A stretch of DNA of 63,719 nt, counting the filler, from Aduncisulcus paluster (Eukaryota), in NCBI GenBank assembly GCA_024181965.1. It is 23 parts of 23 records of this genome, joined end to end, with 100 filler letters (N's around TTAATTAATTAA, not from the genome) between each part and the next. Parts side by side here need not be neighbours in the genome. Positions count along the whole stretch, not along the records: positions 23,031 to 25,587 come from BQXS01012065.1; positions 25,688 to 27,029 come from BQXS01012066.1; positions 27,130 to 28,637 come from BQXS01012067.1; positions 28,738 to 30,136 come from BQXS01012068.1; positions 30,237 to 31,793 come from BQXS01012069.1; positions 31,894 to 33,691 come from BQXS01012070.1; positions 33,792 to 35,659 come from BQXS01012071.1; 16 more parts are not named here. One strand, given 5' to 3'. Numbering within the stretch: the first letter of the stretch is position 1; each line of letters begins with the position of its first letter. Below the pieces are notes generated by a model, which did not search any database, was not told the origin of the DNA, and saw only the letters and a list, made by a program, of their open reading frames with translations. A program made the position numbers and the translations under genes. Positions 23,031 through 35,081 of this stretch are shown here, in pieces.

Positions 23031-25587
23031 ATCCAATTCCAGAGCTTCATCCTCTGTAGCAGAAATTCGATCCCCCCTCCCCTCCTCCTCTTCCCAGCCC
23101 ACTTCCATTCACCCCTCTACAAGTCATCAGTCATCAAATGACCTTCCAACTCCTCCTCTGACCCTCTCTCCATCCACTCGAGTAACATCCTCTCTCTCTC
23201 CATCTCTCTCCCCCCCTTCCATCTCCCATGTTCAAGTTCAGGTCTCAGACCCCAGTTCCTCCTCTTCCTCCTCTTCCTCCTCCTCCTCCTCGTCTTCTAT
23301 TGCTATGGGTGCAACTGTTAAGGCGGTCAACTATGATGATTCTGAAGACGATGAGGATGACCTTGGGGATCTTCGTCGAAGTATGCTGGATATCAAACAT
23401 CCTCCGTCAAGCGGCAATCAAGATAGCTCCGTTCACTATAACATGCCAGGGCCCCACACCATACTGCCTTCCCCAAGCCCTCCAAAACAGAACAATTGGG
23501 AATCTGTCAAGGCTGTTTCCTCAAGAGAATCCATCTCACCATCCTTGAAACGCCCCCTTTCTCCATCTGATATCTCTCATCCCACAAGGACAAAGCCTTC
23601 ATTCCAGACGTCCCATCGTTATGATCACCTTTCCCACGTGCATGAGCGACCATCAACAGCCGAAGCCACTACTCGACCTTCACACCTTAAATCAACAAAC
23701 CCTTCCTCCGGCATTCTTTCGATGTCATCCCACCTTGCTTCATCGCCTTACAAACCTCTCCAAGGAGCTTCAAAACGCATCCCAAGGCTGTCATCATCCG
23801 GCTCAAGGCACTTCCATAGGCCACATTCTGCACAACCTTTGTCTCTCAGACATTCTAAAAATAGACCACATTCAGCTCAAAAACTTATGAGTGCATCTAA
23901 AAATAGGTACATGCAAGAGACTGTTACTTCTTCAGCTTATCACTTAACTCCAAAACTATCTAAAAACAGATTTTCTCAATCTATTAATAAGTCCAATGAT
24001 ACTGGCGTTGATCTCTTGAACGATGATGATGACAGTGGCGATGATATCGAGGTCGTCATTTCCCCTTCTCCCTCTCCCTCCTCTTCCCCTGAACTCATCT
24101 CCTCTACAACCGGCTATCAGGAAGCATCTCAGCATCCGGCGACCATCTATCCGGCTGCAGACGATCCTCAGTATCAATCAATATCTGACTCTGATCCCCA
24201 TTCTCACACAATCCTCTCCAAGGCTACGGCACAATCTACTGATGTTCCCTTGAGCAGATTTCAAGAAGAAGAGAAGAAGAGAAGAGAGAAGAAAGAACGG
24301 CTAAGAAGAGCCGAGGAGAGAGAAAAGGAGGAGAGGAAAGCTGAAGAGGAAGCAAGGAAGAAGATGCGCGAAGAAAAAGAAAAATGGCTTGAGAAACGGA
24401 GAGAAGACCGTGCCAAGCTAAACAGGAGCTATTCGCAGCTTCCCAATGCCTCCAATTCTCCTCCCCTCCCTCTCTATTCCTCCTTATCTATCTCCCACAC
24501 TCAAAGAATGGTCCTTAAGCATCGTGTTCAGGCCCGTGTGGATGAAGTGAAACGTGAACGGATACTCCAGTCATCCTCTGCTCTCCCAGCTATCCACAAA
24601 CTGCCTTCCACTCCTTCCACTCCTTCCACTCCTTCCACTCCTTCCACTAAAAATGCTCAATCTCAGCCTGATCAGGATTCTATAGAAAAGGAATCTGATG
24701 GTCGAACAACAAAACAATCCATAGTTGAAGATACTGCTACCGCGACTGCTACCACACTGATCGCAGGTTGTTCCGAACAACATGAACATACAGAACAACA
24801 TGAACATAATGATCAAAAGGAAATGAACCATCTCCATGTCTCTGACCTTGGTACAACCTCTCAAGTTCCACCAAACTCAACAATTCCCCATAGGCCCTCA
24901 ACATCTATTGACACCACTCCCAAAGCCACTTCTCAAGCCCCTCTTCCTCTCTCTTCTTCTCAACATACCCCTATATTGGACCCCTCTCCCCCAATTCCGT
25001 CCACCCCTCCCCTCTCCTCCTCTACGCTCCGTCACTCTTCCTCAACTATTCCATATACTCCTTCGTCTGCAGAGATCCTTGATAGTATTCTGAAGAGCTT
25101 TGTGATTGAGACCAAGGAGAAGAAATCACACGACCTTGAAAGAAGAGCACGTGAGGAAGAAGAGGAGAGAGAAATCGAAAGAAGGATGTATGAAGAACGG
25201 AATAGAGAACTTGAGAGACGAAGGGAAGAAAAGGAACGTAGACTGAAAGAGCGCAAAGAGAGAGATGCTCAACGAAGACTCCAGATGTCCATAGATAGAG
25301 AGAGAAGGGAGCAGCATCGGAGAGAGAGAGATGCTCAGAGAGAACCTAGAGGCTCAGGCGATCATGCCGCTTCTTCACAATACTCTGCTGATACAGCTGA
25401 ATCGATAGCTCCACAATCGTTTGCGACAGGAGATCCAAAGAGGTCAACAACGATAATTGATGACCCTATCCCAGCCAAAGATCAACAACACGGAAAAGAA
25501 ACGTACTCAGAATCAACCGACCACCCAGAACAATCATCTACTTCCACACACACTGGACATTCTCAGAATCCAAATATAGCCTCGAGT
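23031..25587 (+). CDS. Large low-complexity Ser/Pro-rich protein with E/R/K coiled coils (partial)
   Basis: Open frame of more than 776 codons, with a (PST)n repeat at 24604-24648. Confidence 0.7.
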
Positions 25588-25687
25588 NNNNNNNNNNNNN
25601 NNNNNNNNNNNNNNNNNNNNNNNNNNNNNNNTTAATTAATTAANNNNNNNNNNNNNNNNNNNNNNNNNNNNNNNNNNNNNNNNNNNN

Positions 25688-26031
25688 AACGAAAAGTTCA
25701 GAAATCGATTGAATATTTCATTGATGACGATGCCCCCGATGACCATGCCTCCCCTCTTGGGCCTGGGACGGACAATCCAAGGTGTTCAGTGTTGTTGCCC
25801 ACCAAGAAGTCTTCAAAGGGCTGTATTGTGGCGACAGTTAAGTCTGGTTATATTGTTGGTGTGTCTGGGTGCAGCTTTGAGGTATATTTGGATGATCATG
25901 GAGAATCTGGATATGTTCCTCATACATGTGTTCTATTAATGGATACTGAGAAAGATACTGATGATTTTGGAATTGATGACGATGATTTATCCGATTTGGT
26001 TTGTTTTATTTTTACTTGGCGCGTGTGTTGA
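25688..26031 (+). CDS. Hypothetical fragment, possibly S1/OB-like
   Basis: KGCIVATVKSGYIVGV..GYVPHT weakly resembles an S1 domain. Confidence 0.25.
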
Positions 26032-26159
26032 TTGATCTGTGATATATATATTTATATATTCATGTGCGATGGATCTGAACTTCAGAGTAATGGATTTATA
26101 AACAATAGACTATTCAACCTGACCCAAGATGGTCTCTCTCTCTCTTTCTCTCTCTCTGA

Positions 26160-27029
26160 TGATCCACGACTATATAAACACCAATGTGACCTCCGATGTA
26201 CTCTATTCTGGAGTTCGTTTTCCTGATCATCCTGTCGCCAGAACTCTTATTCGGCATGCCAAAATCCCAATTGCTGCCCCATCTGCGAATAGATTTGGGC
26301 ATATATCACCAACAACTGCCCAGCATGTTAAAGATGACCTCGAAGCCCCATGCCGTGATTTGTACAAGACAGAACTTCATATAATTGATGGAGGATGTAC
26401 ACAAATAGGAATAGAAAGCACGGTATTGGCCATTAATGACAATAATGTTACTATTTTTAGAAGGGGAGGTTTTCCCGTGTCTCTTGTCGAATCTGTTCTT
26501 AAACCCCTTGATGGTGTCACTATTAATGTCTTCCATCGTGCCTCAAGGGTTGAAGATGTTAAATAAGGTGAGTTGTTGGCTCCTGGACAACTTTTAAAGC
26601 ACTATGCTTCAGATCTTCCCTGCTATCTATATGGTGGGTCAATTTCAACTCTTCTGCTTCCCGTAAGGGTTCACAAACGAGTGTTCAATATACAGTTTCT
26701 CATTCATACGATTCTATATTTATTGTGGACATTGCTGGTCATATTGCCTCTCTTTCTACAAAGTTCAAACACTACATTGATATCTGTCCTGATGGAGATC
26801 TCGATATGGCTGCCCAGTCCTTTTTCCATACTTTGCGTCATATTGAAGCTGAACTAAAAGATGGAACTCTTGACATTGAAGCTATTGTCATATGTGATCT
26901 GACTATACTGTACTATACTTTCCCCAAGCTTGACTTTTCTCACACGACATCTCATGCTGTTTCTGGAGTTTCTGAAGAATCTGTAGACGTTAGCAATTTA
27001 TTGAATAAAAGTGATCGGAGTGATCAAGG
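26160..27029 (+). pseudogene. SUA5: Sua5/YrdC threonylcarbamoyl-AMP synthase, 5'-truncated, with in-frame TAA and a frameshift
   Basis: GVRFPDHPVA, PIAAPSANRFG, IIDGG..GIESTV. TAA at 26564-26566 is followed in frame by APGQLLKHYA. A frame change near 26645 precedes GDLDMAAQSFFHTLR. Confidence 0.75.
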
Positions 27030-27129
27030 NNNNNNNNNNNNNNNNNNNNNNNNNNNNNNNNNNNNNNNNNNNNTTAATTAATTAANNNNNNNNNNNNNNN
27101 NNNNNNNNNNNNNNNNNNNNNNNNNNNNN

Positions 27130-28637
27130 GATTGAGGCCAATGCATGAGATGTTTCTTTAATCATGTAAACAGCACCAACCACCATGTTTATCAACAAAT
27201 CACCACCAATCATTATTATAGTGATTAAGACAGACATACTCATATTGCGAGGGTTATCCAGATAAACGTAGAGACAAATAGAGAATCCAATTGATTGTAC
27301 TATCACTGTTATAAACTAGATAACCTCTTCTCGAGTATCGAATAACTTGAAAGAACCGATAGATAAGGGAATTAAAAGAGTCAACAAACCAATGATAATA
27401 CACAAAATATTAGCCTGAACATATCCAAAAATAAGAAGCATTGCACACAGCACTATAATAATGAATACCAAGAATCCCAGAGCAGACCCTTCATCCCCTA
27501 AACCCTTCTTCTTATACAGCACAACCGTCAACACAACGAACACAACGAGCCCAATCCCACCAAGAACCATCAAGGAAATCCTCAGAACTTGATTATGACA
27601 CAACCAAAGCCCAGCCACAAGAGCAGTACTCGCAAAACTCACGAGCAAATCCATCAAAAGAATCGCCTTTGAATGTTTATCTCTATAAAGCTTCCATCCA
27701 GAAATCATCAGAACAAGGGAAAGGATACCCAGACATACAGAAGCCCAACACAATGGGTGCAGACTGTAACTTTCAGAGAAGACGAAATCATAGAAGATTG
27801 GGAAGATGAGCATTGGCATCCATAAAAGGGCAAAGATGGAGGTGGCAATGCTCTCAAAAAAGGCATCTCCAAACAGGTTGACAAAACCGGAAGAAGATTT
27901 ATCAAAGAACCCTATCACTGAACAAACTTCGAAGAAACTAAAGAAGAGCGCCAATATAGTTGATATCAGTGCCATCTTCCAATCTGCTTTGGATATCCAG
28001 AGTGCAATAGATGACACAACAAAGAAGGAATCGAACAGAGTAAAGATGGACATGAAGAGAGGATGTCCGATTGAGGCCAATGCATGAGATGTTTCTTTAA
28101 TCATGTAAACAGCACCAACCACCATGTTTATCAACAAATCACCACCAATCATTATTATAGTGATTAAGACAGACATACTCATATTGTGAAAGTCATCCAG
28201 ATAAACGTAGAGACAAATAGAGAATCCAATTGATTGTACTATCACTGTTATAAACTAGATAACCTCTTCTCGAGTATCGAATAACTTGAAAGAACCGATA
28301 GATAAGGGAATTAAAAGAGTCAACAAACCAATGATAATACACAAAATATTAGCCTGAACATATCCAAAAATAAGAAGCATTGCACACAGCACTATAATAA
28401 TGAATACCAAGAATCCCAGAGCAGACCCTTCATCCCCTAAACCCTTCTTCTTATACAGCACAACCGTCAACACAACGAACACAACGAGCCCAATCCCACC
28501 AAGAACCATCAAGGAAATCCTCAGAACTTGATTATGACACAACCAAAGCCCAGCCACAAGAGCAGTACTCGCAAAACTCACGAGCAAATCCATCAAAAGA
28601 ATCGCCTTTGAATGTTTATCTCTATAAACTTTCCATC
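27130..28637 (-). repeat. 939-bp head-to-tail tandem array encoding a polytopic membrane protein
   Basis: Stops at 28255 and 27316 are 939 bp apart. Units are nearly identical but differ (DDFHNMS vs DNPRNMS). Confidence 0.9.
27316..28245 (-). CDS. Multi-pass membrane protein (one full repeat unit)
   Basis: About 10 hydrophobic segments in 309 aa; no ATG at the unit start. Confidence 0.6.
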   Translation of the reverse strand: MIVQSIGFSICLYVYLDDFHNMSMSVLITIIMIGGDLLINMVVGAVYMIKETSHALASIGHPLFMSIFTLFDSFFVVSSIALWISKADWKMALISTILALFFSFFEVCSVIGFFDKSSSGFVNLFGDAFFESIATSIFALLWMPMLIFPIFYDFVFSESYSLHPLCWASVCLGILSLVLMISGWKLYRDKHSKAILLMDLLVSFASTALVAGLWLCHNQVLRISLMVLGGIGLVVFVVLTVVLYKKKGLGDEGSALGFLVFIIIVLCAMLLIFGYVQANILCIIIGLLTLLIPLSIGSFKLFDTREEVI

Positions 28638-28737
28638 NNNNNNNNNNNNNNNNNNNNNNNNNNNNNNNNNNNNNNNNNNNNTTAATTAATTAANNNNNNN
28701 NNNNNNNNNNNNNNNNNNNNNNNNNNNNNNNNNNNNN

Positions 28738-29243
28738 CTGTGACCCGTGTGAAGAATGTTGGAAAGACCATTCCCATGATGGACGGTCTTAAGGATGGTT
28801 TCACCTGGTTCTTGGTTGGTTTGCTTGTTTTCAGACAACTGTTGCAGATCCTTGTTGAGGTTGTCGATGGAGGCACCATCCAAATCCTTGGTATTGCCAT
28901 TCTCCTCATTATGGCCAGAGTTGTGTTCTGGAAGTTCGGTCCATTCGATAAGTCTGGAGAGAACAACACCATGATCTGGTCGTTTGATATTCTTGTCTTG
29001 AGCTACCTCACCTTGGGTCTTGGTCAGACCTTGAAGAGTACCCCTGGTGGCGATTGGCTGTTCTACATTTTTGTGGGTATTTCCATCCTGTTCAATGTTA
29101 TCTTCTTGATTCTGATGATCATTAACATGACCTCGTATGTGAAATTAGCCGCTGCCAAAAAGCTTCGTGATGCCATGAAGGCTGGGAAGGCGAAGCTTTT
29201 GAACATTAACAAAGATGAAAAAAAGGTAAAAATTGAAATGTAA
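28738..29243 (+). CDS. Membrane protein, C-terminal fragment
   Basis: Four hydrophobic helices and a basic tail; strong codon bias. Confidence 0.7.
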
Positions 29244-29628
29244 GGCTCGCTTGAATTATTTCTGATTTAAATCGTTAGCTTTCGCAGATTATGAGAATTT
29301 CATCTTTTTTATTTTTTTTTATGAAAAAAAAATATGATCCTTTTGTTTTTATTCATTATTTATCCAGCATAACTGCCCATTCATTTGGGTGAGACATACC
29401 ATGTTCACCATACTTTCCTTTAATCATATCACCTCACAATTGAGGGATATTGTACCATTTATTTTTTCTGATGTTATTTTGAATTTTATCTTTTTCCTTT
29501 AGCAAGTAAACCTGTAGATTTAATTTGTTTTGTACTTGTTCCTTCTCAACTAGGTATTCAAAAACCTGAAATTTCGAAATTTCACTTAAAACTATACAAT
29601 TTATAAGAGAAATAAAAAAAAATCAGAC

Positions 29629-29690
29629 AGCGCCGTGGCGCAATTGGACAGCGTGTTGGGCTCATAACCCAAAGGTTGAAGGATCGAAGC
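29629..29690 (+). tRNA. Initiator tRNA-Met (CAT), 3'-truncated in the T-arm
   Basis: Starts with A1 (AGCGCCG), has TGGCGCAATTGG, anticodon arm TTGGG-CTCATAA-CCCAA with three G-C pairs, and initiator-type T-loop ATCGAA. The 3' T-stem and acceptor strand are missing. Confidence 0.88.
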
Positions 29691-29853
29691 TGAAATAGCT
29701 GCAGGACCTCGAAATGAAATAAAATATTTTAAAGCGAAGCAAAATTTACTATAAGGATTATTCGGAGGATCGTTTACCTGCGTAAACGTCCCTGCAGGTG
29801 ATCAGGTGCCTGACCGGCCCTTTTCCCTGCAATATGGACCTGTGTCCGTTACA
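29691..29853 (-). repeat. 3' LTR (163 bp) of a chromodomain Ty3/gypsy element
   Basis: On the minus strand, PPT GGAGAAAGGGTAG is followed by TGTAAC...ATTTCA. The CA end abuts the truncated tRNA. Confidence 0.75.
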
Positions 29854-29892
29854 CTACCCTTTCTCCGTAGTCGTTTTCCTTTCAATGGTGAC

Positions 29893-30136
29893 TCACAAGC
29901 CGTTATTAGCTTTGTAGAACTTCAACAACTTGCTGTCCTTGACCTCAAGCTCGTGCTCCCAGGTGTCTTTTGAATCGGGCAATCCTGCCCAGTGGATGAG
30001 ATATTGGCGTCTTCCTTTCCTTCCTTTGTGTGCCATAATCCTCCCTATTACTCGTTTGTCTTTGTCATATGCACGCAAAGACAAGATGTGTTCTGGGTTC
30101 GTGGTTTCGTTGATCTCCGTTCTGATGATGTCATCA
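29893..30136 (-). mobile_element. Chromodomain at the pol C-terminus of a Ty3/gypsy element
   Basis: IGRIMAHKGRKGRRQYLIHWAGLPDSKDTWE, followed by a PPT and LTR. Confidence 0.85.
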
Positions 30137-30236
30137 NNNNNNNNNNNNNNNNNNNNNNNNNNNNNNNNNNNNNNNNNNNNTTAATTAATTAANNNNNNNN
30201 NNNNNNNNNNNNNNNNNNNNNNNNNNNNNNNNNNNN

Positions 30237-31760
30237 CTCAGAAAGATCAGAAATATCCGAAATATTGTTATTGCCTAGGTATAGAATTGACATCTTTAAC
30301 ATTCCAGAGAGGGCAGAGATATCTGATATATTGTTATCTCGAAGGTATAGAATATTCATATCATTCATGGAGGAGAGGGCAGAAATGTCTGAGATATTAT
30401 TATTATGAAGATATAAATTTGCTAATTTCGACATCCCTGAGAGGAATGAAATATCTGAGAGAGTGTTTGAATTTAAATCTAAAGTAAGCAGCTCAAGTTT
30501 CCCAAAAAGAACAGAAATGTCTGAAATATTGTTTGTACCAAGGTACAAAATCGACAGCTTTGACATTCCAGATAGAGCAGAGATATCAGAGATAGCGTTT
30601 GATTGTAATCTAAGGTCAGTGAGATTAGTGATGTTGACAAGAGGTGAAACATCTGAAATACTGTTTGAATAAAGATATAGAGTCGTTAAGTTTATCATTC
30701 CTGATAGAGCAGAGATATTCGAGATGTTATTGTAATAGAGATACAGATATACTAAATCATCCATGTTTGACAAAGAATCAATGGAAGTAATCTGATTAGA
30801 TCCAAGGTGTAAACATGTCAATTCCACCAAATTTTCCAATGGACTCACATCAGATATTTGATTGTTGTACAGATGCAAATAAGTCAGATTCACCATTCCA
30901 GATAGAGCAGAGATATCCGAGATAATATTGTCTCGCAAGGTCAACTCAACAAGTTGCTCCTCAACACCACTCAAAGAACCAAGAACACTATGAGAGTCTG
31001 TCAATCCAGTGTTTCTCAGATCAAGCTTTGTTAACATTGTGAATGCGGATAAAGACACATCCTCAGATAATGCAATGTTCTGCAGATACAACGTGGATAA
31101 GGATGACGTTGGAAGATGCCCAATCTCTGTCGAGCCAATCTCAAGGTCAGATGTGGATGTGCCATCGATGGTGAGTGATGCAAGGTCCGTGGCATAAGAC
31201 AATCCTTCGAAGGTGTCAACAGAGGATGCACTGAGGGAAGTCAACGACAGCATGTCAATATTGGTTATGACTGGACAATTAGCAGGAAGCCCAATAGAAC
31301 TAACGAGAGCAGAACACACAGCAGCTCGAAGGTTTGCATCGGGGATGGATATTTCAACTTCGGCAGAGACCATGCATATTGATGAACATATAACCATGAA
31401 GAAGAGCATCCGAGTGAAGAGCAAGAACAAACGATGTGCATGACCATCACGATTGCTCTGATTTAAAGACTTCAAGAGCTTCAAGGGCTTTAAAGAGCAG
31501 GTGATATGAGACGAAGGATGTCGATGTTCATTGAGTATCTTTGAGGATGAGGAAGAACATGGAAACAAAGAGGATGTGAAAGAAAGAAAGCAATTGACAG
31601 GGTCAGTGGACAATAACCATGATGAGAGTGATAGTAATAATGCTAGAGATAGTGATAGAACCAGAAACACTAACAGGAAGAAGAACATTAAAAAGGGAGA
31701 ACCGGCATAAAGATGGTTCGGATGGACATGATCCGGCACAAAGAATAAACAAGGAAGCAT
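30237..31760 (-). CDS. Internalin-like LRR protein (N-terminal part)
   Basis: IPDANLRAAV cap followed by about 11 LxxLxLxxNxISDISxL repeats; hydrophobic N-terminal segments. Confidence 0.9.
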
Positions 31761-31893
31761 GAGAAACAGGAGAAGAGATGCAAGGGCTGGACCNNNNNNN
31801 NNNNNNNNNNNNNNNNNNNNNNNNNNNNNNNNNNNNNTTAATTAATTAANNNNNNNNNNNNNNNNNNNNNNNNNNNNNNNNNNNNNNNNNNNN

Positions 31894-33691
31894 ATATTGA
31901 TGGGTATGACTTGAGTGGAGATATTAATTCCAATGCTGAGTATGATAAGTTGGTTGTTCAGATCCTGGCAAAGGCTGTGACATATTCGAATGATTATGGA
32001 ACCATTGATTCTGGTCTGAGGATATTATCTGCGAGTGGCTGTGGATTGAGTGCTATCAGTGATGTGCTTGACTTGACTCCCATTGCTTCTGGAGACTCAA
32101 CCACAGACCAATTCAAACTGACATCCCTAGATCTCTCAAACAACTCCATCTCTGATGTATCTGTTCTCATCACATCTTCCATATTCCCTGATGATACTGA
32201 TGCTGTTCTCACAACTCTTGACATCAGTGATAATAATATCTGTGACATTGAAGGAATTGTGAGTCAATTGCAAACCGAATTCCCAACCCTATCAACCTTG
32301 ACATATTCTGACCAAACATGCCATTGTTCTGCATCTGTGTCTTCTGCAGCTCACCAAGTGTGCCGTGAAGTGTATCCCGATCGTTGGGCTGTCGAGTGCT
32401 GGAATGGGTACTATCTTGACAAAGCCAGTGGAGAGTGTCTTGAGGTATGTGCGAGTGGGTCTGAGCTTGATACTTCCAGTGGAACCCCACCATATTCATG
32501 CATAACAGCTGCTTCAGATGTTGATGATTCCATTCGTGTCCAAGTATGTGAAAGACATACCAATATGAAACCTGTTCTTGAAGTTGGCGATTCATCCATC
32601 ACATGTGGTTGTCGATCTGCCTGGTATGGCGATGATTGTGATGAATTGTATCAAGTATACATTCCAGATGAGTTATTTAGAGGTAAAGTGTGTGATGCTG
32701 CTGGATATGATATTACAGTCGATCCATTGTGTGATGTGTCAGAGTTTGAAATGGCTGGTATAAATGGGTATTTATATTCATATGGTTGCCATATTACTTC
32801 CTTTGAAGGTGCTCAGTATTTGATAAACATTTATTATTTCCGTGGAGCAAATACAGATATAACATTAGTTTATCCTATTCCTTTCCTTGAACAACTATCA
32901 GTCTTATATTTTCATCAGGATTCAACTTCCAATATTTATGATCTCAATTCCTTATTCACATTGAATAGATTGTTTGAATTGTCTATTTATGGGAATGAAC
33001 AAATCTATGATATATCTTTCTCATTTAGGAATGTTGGATTGTCTAAGATGTATATTGCGTATATAAATTATTCTGGATTCACACCTCTCTGTAGATCAGA
33101 AGACGATACCGATTATTGGACATTTATAACGACTGTCTTTCCAATTCATTCCTCAGACAATAAGGATATTTACTTTATTCCAAATAGCTGTCCTCTTAAT
33201 ACTGATCCTGGAAACTCCCCATATAACTGTAATACTTCAAATGCTTCATGCCCTTCAATAGTTCTGAATGAGGTGTACAATAGTGTGGATGATGTGAATG
33301 AGAAACAATGTGCATTCATTGCGAAGGAAGGGAGCAGTGGTGAGTGTTACACTGTTCATGATGATTCAATTCGACAATATCTGAAGGATCATTGTCTCTC
33401 CACGAGTAATGTTGAATCAAATGGTGTCATCACTGTTGCCACTATGAGGAATGATTTGACATGTACTTCATTGTCGCTTCCTTCCATTGCCACAGATAGG
33501 GGGATATCTTTGAATTCCATCACAACCCTGCAAGGTCTTGAGTATGCCACTTCACTGACCTCTCTGACCATTGATGGGTATGACTTGAGTGGAGATATTA
33601 ATTCCAATGCTGAGTATGATAAGTTGGTTGTTCAGATCCTGGCAAAGGCTGTGACATATTCGAATGATTATGGAACCATTGATTCTGGTCT
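31894..33691 (+). CDS. LRR/Cys-rich surface protein, one ~558-aa repeat unit
   Basis: LRR and EGF-like motifs; 31896-32017 is repeated at 33570-33691 (offset 1674, in frame). Confidence 0.85.
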
Positions 33692-33791
33692 NNNNNNNNN
33701 NNNNNNNNNNNNNNNNNNNNNNNNNNNNNNNNNNNTTAATTAATTAANNNNNNNNNNNNNNNNNNNNNNNNNNNNNNNNNNNNNNNNNNNN

Positions 33792-34205
33792 AAGGTGACA
33801 ACAATTCCATATTCTGAGGATTATGACAAGAATCTTATTGATGTTTTAGGAGAGCTCACAAAGAACAAGAGTTGCCACCCACAGCTGACAGACAGTGAGA
33901 TCTTCTGTTCCCTTGAGACGATTGAAGGTGGGAAATACAATGCCGTGTATCAAGTGTTTCTTGCCGTGTTCGATGGTCTGTTGAACCCTGACCGTCTGAA
34001 ACGAATGACGATCCACCAAGCCCGCTCTCTGACGAATGATATCAAATATTTACTGCCGCGTCTTGGAGAAGGGTGGGAATGTCCATCCATCGAGGAGTAC
34101 ATTGCCCGTCAGCTTGAAGAGTATGATGGGTGTACAGGGACAATCCATAGCAGTAGCAGTAGCAGTAGCAGTATCAGTAGCAGTAGCAGTAGCCGTGTGA
34201 AATAA
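33792..34205 (+). CDS. Probable protein kinase C-terminal fragment
   Basis: IPYSE...VFDGLLNPDRLKRMTIHQAR resembles kinase subdomains X-XI; poly-Ser tail from (AGTAGC)n. Confidence 0.5.
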   Translation, partial: KVTTIPYSEDYDKNLIDVLGELTKNKSCHPQLTDSEIFCSLETIEGGKYNAVYQVFLAVFDGLLNPDRLKRMTIHQARSLTNDIKYLLPRLGEGWECPSIEEYIARQLEEYDGCTGTIHSSSSSSSSISSSSSSRVK

Positions 34206-35081
34206 GGAGTTGATAAAGATGTGCTCTAGTTGGTGAAGTGTGTAATCTCCCAGCTCTCACAAAAAGATCTCACACTTTCACTGTTCTATTCTATTTTCTG
34301 TTGATCTCGTTAACGGGATTCTCGTTAGATTCCAATCAGTTCCAATATACTTCTTCCTTCACAAATGACTCGTACATTCCTCTAAAATATGCTTTATTCC
34401 CTTCTTTTTTTTTCTTTGTAGTCTTATAATATATTCTAACTCGGTAAAACATGAACAACACAAAATAAAACCCATAAACTGTACAATTGAGAATGTTGCA
34501 TGCTTTAGTTGGCCAGATCAGTGGTCTATTAGACTCAATAGTATTACCGTCAACCGGAAACATGATAATGCTTTGAGTGATAATGACAAGTATCAACGAC
34601 TCAATAAATAGGCCAACGATGGAGATTGTGGTATTGGCAGTCAATTATTCAATAATTAGTCAAGTCACATGAGCCATTGCCAATCAACAGTGTTGAAGTT
34701 ATTCCAGACATAACGGATGAAAAATGATGTTATATTTTTTCTCTATCCAATTTTAGAATCATTTTTTCTCAGTAATATCAACCCATAGATATATTATATA
34801 TCAGCGGATAACGAAATCGGACTTTCTATTCTCAGCTGAAATGCCGGCGGCGTCAACCGTAACACGCCGGCGGCGGCTATGGCCGTGCAAACCAAACGTA
34901 TCCCAATGTGCTTTCTGGGAAAAATAATATCAACAAAATGAATAAATAGAAAAAAAATAAATATTTGTTTGTCATATAAAAATAAAAAATCGATAACTCC
35001 TTGAATTATGCCACTTAGTTCAACTCCTCGAGGTTATTCCATTCGATGTTCTATTTTGTTTCGATACCAGAATCATACACA

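Noticed and set aside
26564..26566. TAA read as Gln (hexamitid-type genetic code)
   Set aside because: RPL11, the U-box gene and POLR3F end at TAA at the expected positions, and long conserved ORFs have no internal TAA/TAG. The same Sua5 copy also has a frameshift.
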